A stretch of 64,000 bases of DNA from an uncultured bacterium (GTDB taxonomy: Bacteria; Krumholzibacteriota; Krumholzibacteriia; LZORAL124-64-63): positions 320,001 through 384,000 of the forward strand of contig CAVSGO010000007.1 in NCBI GenBank assembly GCA_963727525.1, in the 5' to 3' direction. A program made the translations under genes and the position numbers. Below, piece after piece: positions 60,968-64,000 of this stretch; within the stretch, counting starts at the first letter, position 1, and each line of letters begins with the position of its first letter. The notes under the pieces are model-generated. The model had not been told where the DNA came from. It ran no database searches and saw only the letters and a list, made by a program, of their open reading frames with translations.

Positions 60968-63109
60968 ATGGTTCGAATGACTGTTATCACCGTGATCGTC
61001 GCGCTGCTCGGGTGCGGGGGAGTGGCGCACGCGGTCGAGGTGAGCGACCTCGACGCCATGCTCGTGCGTACGGATACGCACGACGTGCTGGTGTTGCGGC
61101 CTTGGATCCCTGCCGACGCAGCGCACGGCGTGTGGTTGTGGCCGGTGCCGCCAGGGACGCGTGTGGAGGTCCGGGGCGACATCGGGATCGATGCGTTGCG
61201 CAGCGCCGTGTGGATGGGGTCCATTCCGCTGAGTCCGACGAACGGTACTCGGCTGTCCCCGCTGTGCGGCATGGCGATCTTCCTCGGCGTCGTGGTGCAG
61301 CCGGTACGCGCCTATGGCATCTGCCGCGATGGGACCGAGTTCACGACGTTGTTACGCAGGGCCGGTCTGGTGCCTGAGTCCACCGACCGGGCGCGGTTCG
61401 AGGCCATCGTCGCCGGGGGCGACGAGGTTGCCGTCATCGCCTGGCAGCTCGGCGATGATCCGGCATCGGGGCGTCCAGCCGGACACGACCCGAAACCCCT
61501 CGAAGCCGTCGTCTTGTTTCTGCCCGGATACGCTGACGGAATCGCGATGCCGGCACCTGGTCTGCGACGCGGCTGCCTCGGCGATCTCCTGACCATCGGG
61601 CGGCGACCGGTCGTGCCCGACCCGGCCAGCGGTTCCCCGTGGGAGACGAGCCTGCTCGTGCGCGACGAGGCTGCCGATGCGCGCGCGGCGGCTCGCCTCG
61701 CGGGCGTCACCGACGTCGACGATGCCTGGTGCGTCTGTGCCTGGACGTTGCAGTACTGCGACGATGCGACGACCTTGCGGCCGGTGCTCCTCGACCCGGC
61801 GCGCGATCTCCTGGGTCCGGCGGCCCGGACCGCGGCGAGCTGGTGTGCCCTCGGGGACGATCCGCGCCGCATCGACGCCCTGCGCGGCGTGCTGGCCGAT
61901 ACGACACGCAGCGGTATGGCGCTCGCGTTTGCCGTCTGGGCCTGGTCGCAGCACGACACCGCCGACCGGATCGCACAGCTCGAGCGGTGGTCTCATCACC
62001 GAGATCCTCTCGTGCGCAGCGAGGCCTTGCTGGCTCTCGCCGACGTCGATTCGTCGCACGCGCTGGACCGCGACATCGCCATCCTCGGCGGGATCACTGC
62101 CACGGATCCGATCTATCAAGTCCTCATCAATCAGGCCGGCATGCGGGTCGTCGCCGGAGTGGATCGACAGCACCGCCAGCAGTTGCGGGCGCTAGCCGAC
62201 GCTGACGGTGGCTGGATCGACTGGGCGATCGGTGAATCGGTCTGGCGAACGCAATGCGATCTCGCGCGTGGACCCGTCGACTCGCCGACGGCCGACAACC
62301 TGACGCCGGGCGACTGGGCCGTCGCGGCGCTCGCCGTCGTGGCCGATGGCGATGCGGCGCGCATGCTACCGCGTGGGCTCGTCGAATCCGCGCTTCTGAA
62401 CGTCGCCAGAGCGAGATTCGGGTGCCGTTACCGGCAGAGTGGTCACGGCTTTTCGGATGGCTACTGGAACGGTGATCAGATCCTGCGGCCGCGGGATCCG
62501 GGCACCAGCTGGCCGACACTCACGCGGCTCGAAATCGCCCTGGCGACGCAGCCTCGCACGCGGGACGTGGTCATTCGCGCGGCTCTGGATGACCGACGCT
62601 TGCCTGACATCGCGGCTACGGTCTTGCTGGCGAGTCTCATCGCCTGGCGTCCCGAGGACGAGGCCATGGCGATCGCCATCCTCGGCACGGCCACGACGAT
62701 CCGCGATGTGATTCCGACGCGTTTCCGGACCGCGGGACAGCGGGATGTCGTGGTGGGCATCCCGTGGGCAGCCGCTGGTGCGGCGTACGTCCTCGCCCAG
62801 CACGGTCTCGTAGCGCCGATCCTCGCGGCACTCGCCCGCAACCCGACGCCGGAACTGCGCGCGGAACTCGTATTCGCTCTCGCGCTCGTCCGGGAGGAAG
62901 ACCCACGGGCGACTGCCGCCATCGAGGCTTGGCGCGACGACGTCGCCGCGCTCGCCAGCGATGCGCGGCACCGTGCGATCGCGGACGTCGTCACGGAGCG
63001 ATTGCGGCACATCGGTGACCGCGATCCGCAAGCCCGGCTCATCTGCGAGCCCCGATTCGGCTGTGCTTTCGAGCGGATGTGGATGCGGGCACGAGGGGCC
63101 CGACGCTGA
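60968..63109 (+). CDS. Secreted hypothetical protein; N-terminus weakly DUF2330-like, C-terminal HEAT-like helical repeats
   Basis: Signal peptide; LVLRP...WLWPVP; HRDPLVRSEALLALA and NPTPELRAELVFALAL; less biased codon usage than neighbours. Confidence 0.6.
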   Translation: MVRMTVITVIVALLGCGGVAHAVEVSDLDAMLVRTDTHDVLVLRPWIPADAAHGVWLWPVPPGTRVEVRGDIGIDALRSAVWMGSIPLSPTNGTRLSPLCGMAIFLGVVVQPVRAYGICRDGTEFTTLLRRAGLVPESTDRARFEAIVAGGDEVAVIAWQLGDDPASGRPAGHDPKPLEAVVLFLPGYADGIAMPAPGLRRGCLGDLLTIGRRPVVPDPASGSPWETSLLVRDEAADARAAARLAGVTDVDDAWCVCAWTLQYCDDATTLRPVLLDPARDLLGPAARTAASWCALGDDPRRIDALRGVLADTTRSGMALAFAVWAWSQHDTADRIAQLERWSHHRDPLVRSEALLALADVDSSHALDRDIAILGGITATDPIYQVLINQAGMRVVAGVDRQHRQQLRALADADGGWIDWAIGESVWRTQCDLARGPVDSPTADNLTPGDWAVAALAVVADGDAARMLPRGLVESALLNVARARFGCRYRQSGHGFSDGYWNGDQILRPRDPGTSWPTLTRLEIALATQPRTRDVVIRAALDDRRLPDIAATVLLASLIAWRPEDEAMAIAILGTATTIRDVIPTRFRTAGQRDVVVGIPWAAAGAAYVLAQHGLVAPILAALARNPTPELRAELVFALALVREEDPRATAAIEAWRDDVAALASDARHRAIADVVTERLRHIGDRDPQARLICEPRFGCAFERMWMRARGARR

Positions 63110-63116
63110 GCGCTCG

Positions 63117-63212
63117 CTGACAAGCCCGGTGATGAGACACGCTCAGGGAGCTCGGTCCTCGCAGAGCCTGCGGAGACGCTCCCTGGGCGTGTCTCATCAC
63201 CGGGCTTGTCAG
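63117..63212. repeat. 96-bp hairpin element, copy 2 (35-bp inverted repeat with one G-T pair, 26-nt loop)
   Basis: Arms 63117-63151 and 63178-63212; loop TCGGTCCTCGCAGAGCCTGCGGAGAC is 25/26 identical to copy 1. Confidence 0.9.
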
Positions 63213-63322
63213 GGGGCGTCGGGAGGGCGCGCGGGGAATCCCGCAGCTCGTTGGGACGGGGAGTGGTCCCGAGACGAGTGGTGCCGGCACCACGATCGGT
63301 GCCGGCACCAGACGTTGCGCAG

Positions 63323-64000
63323 CTAGCGGTTCGACCGCAGGGCCGCCAGCGGGATGTCCTGCTTGTCGAGGCCGGGGCCGGCCCACTTCAGGTCGAGGCC
63401 GATGCCGCCCAGGTGCTGGAAGTACTCCAGGTGCAGCTTGTGGGGGCCGGCAGCGAGAGGCGCGTCGAAGGTGTGCTCGGTGGCGCCATGCAGGCCGTCG
63501 GCGTCGACGGCGAGCTGGTCGTCGATCCAGAGGCGGCTGCCGTCGTCGCTGGCGAGGTAGAGGCGGTACATGGCGGTTTGCGGGGCCACGAGCCAGCCGT
63601 CGAAGACCAGGCCGATCTCCTCCTCGCGCGCCTGATCGGGCAGGCCCACCGTCTGGCCTTGCAGGGTGGCGACGGGGGTGAGGGTCGTGAAGTCGGGTAG
63701 CTTCACCCACGAGCCCTCGTAGTAGCGCGCCGTCAGGCCCGCGGCCGCATCGCCGCGCGGGGCTTCGGCGGGCAGCGGCCACGGAGCCACCTTCGTGAAG
63801 GTGGTGCGCCGCGTGGTCGTGGTCGGGAAGCCATCGGCGCTGAGGGTGGCGGCGAGGGTCGCCGTGTCCGTCACGTGGATGGGGCCGGTGTACACGTCCG
63901 ACTTCTCGGTGGGCTCGCTGCCATCGAGGGTGTAGCGGATCACGGCGCCGGGGTTGGGGCTGGCGAGCACCACGTCGATGGCGTCGCAGAAGGCGCGGCT
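63323..64000 (-). CDS. C-terminal fragment of a protein with a chitobiase/FN3-associated domain and a PA14 domain (probably a glycoside hydrolase); 5' end lies outside the window
   Basis: IRYTLDGSEPT...YTGPI; GLTARYYEG...YRLYLASDDGSRLWID...GPHKLHLEYFQ. Confidence 0.8.
   Translation of the reverse strand, partial: SRAFCDAIDVVLASPNPGAVIRYTLDGSEPTEKSDVYTGPIHVTDTATLAATLSADGFPTTTTRRTTFTKVAPWPLPAEAPRGDAAAGLTARYYEGSWVKLPDFTTLTPVATLQGQTVGLPDQAREEEIGLVFDGWLVAPQTAMYRLYLASDDGSRLWIDDQLAVDADGLHGATEHTFDAPLAAGPHKLHLEYFQHLGGIGLDLKWAGPGLDKQDIPLAALRSNR

Noticed and set aside
60711-63212. Integron attC interpretation of the hairpins (CTGAC...GTCAG ends resemble CTAAC...GTTAG)
   Set aside because: They lack the AAC/GTT core triplets and the extrahelical bases in the long stem, and no integrase is in the window

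Overview
High-GC bacterial chromosomal window, gene-dense, with no rRNA, tRNA, CRISPR array or IS transposase visible. Four large secreted proteins end in a 'PNPF...WxG...(K/S)xx(L/V)V(K/R)' FlgD-Ig/T9SS-like C-terminal domain (CTD), there is a PorV-like gene, and one protein ends in a 'WGxxKxLxR' tail. These suggest an FCB-superphylum candidate lineage such as Krumholzibacteriota or Latescibacterota (inference). Ordinary content: four large secreted proteases (C25 gingipain-like, M14, S8, S41 tricorn), a CADD-like diiron enzyme, zur-znuACB-baiN, a metallophosphoesterase, two-subunit methylmalonyl-CoA mutase, two hybrid histidine kinases, MsrB, a PGAM5-like phosphatase, adenosine deaminase and TypA. 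Three things stand out. (1) 34.8-50.1 kb: a 2254-aa repeat-rich CTD cargo protein, a PorV-like barrel fused to FlgD-Ig, a 1005-aa TPR protein and, behind a consensus sigma54 promoter, exbB-exbD-exbD*(Asp->Asn)-tonB plus a protein with TonB-box-like, FlgD-like and OmpA-like parts. This may be a TonB/Exb-energised T9SS-like export or anchoring machine. (2) 9.1-13.2 kb: an HNH gene divergent from a low-GC, frameshifted cassette encoding a small putative secreted peptide coupled to a TPR-sigma54 activator, a candidate peptide-signalling pair. (3) 60.7-63.3 kb: an orphan gene bracketed by two 96-bp hairpins with fully compensatory stem changes, plus a dispersed TGGTGCCGGCACCA palindrome that also lies inside the HNH gene. 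All calls are from reading the sequence; no database search was run.
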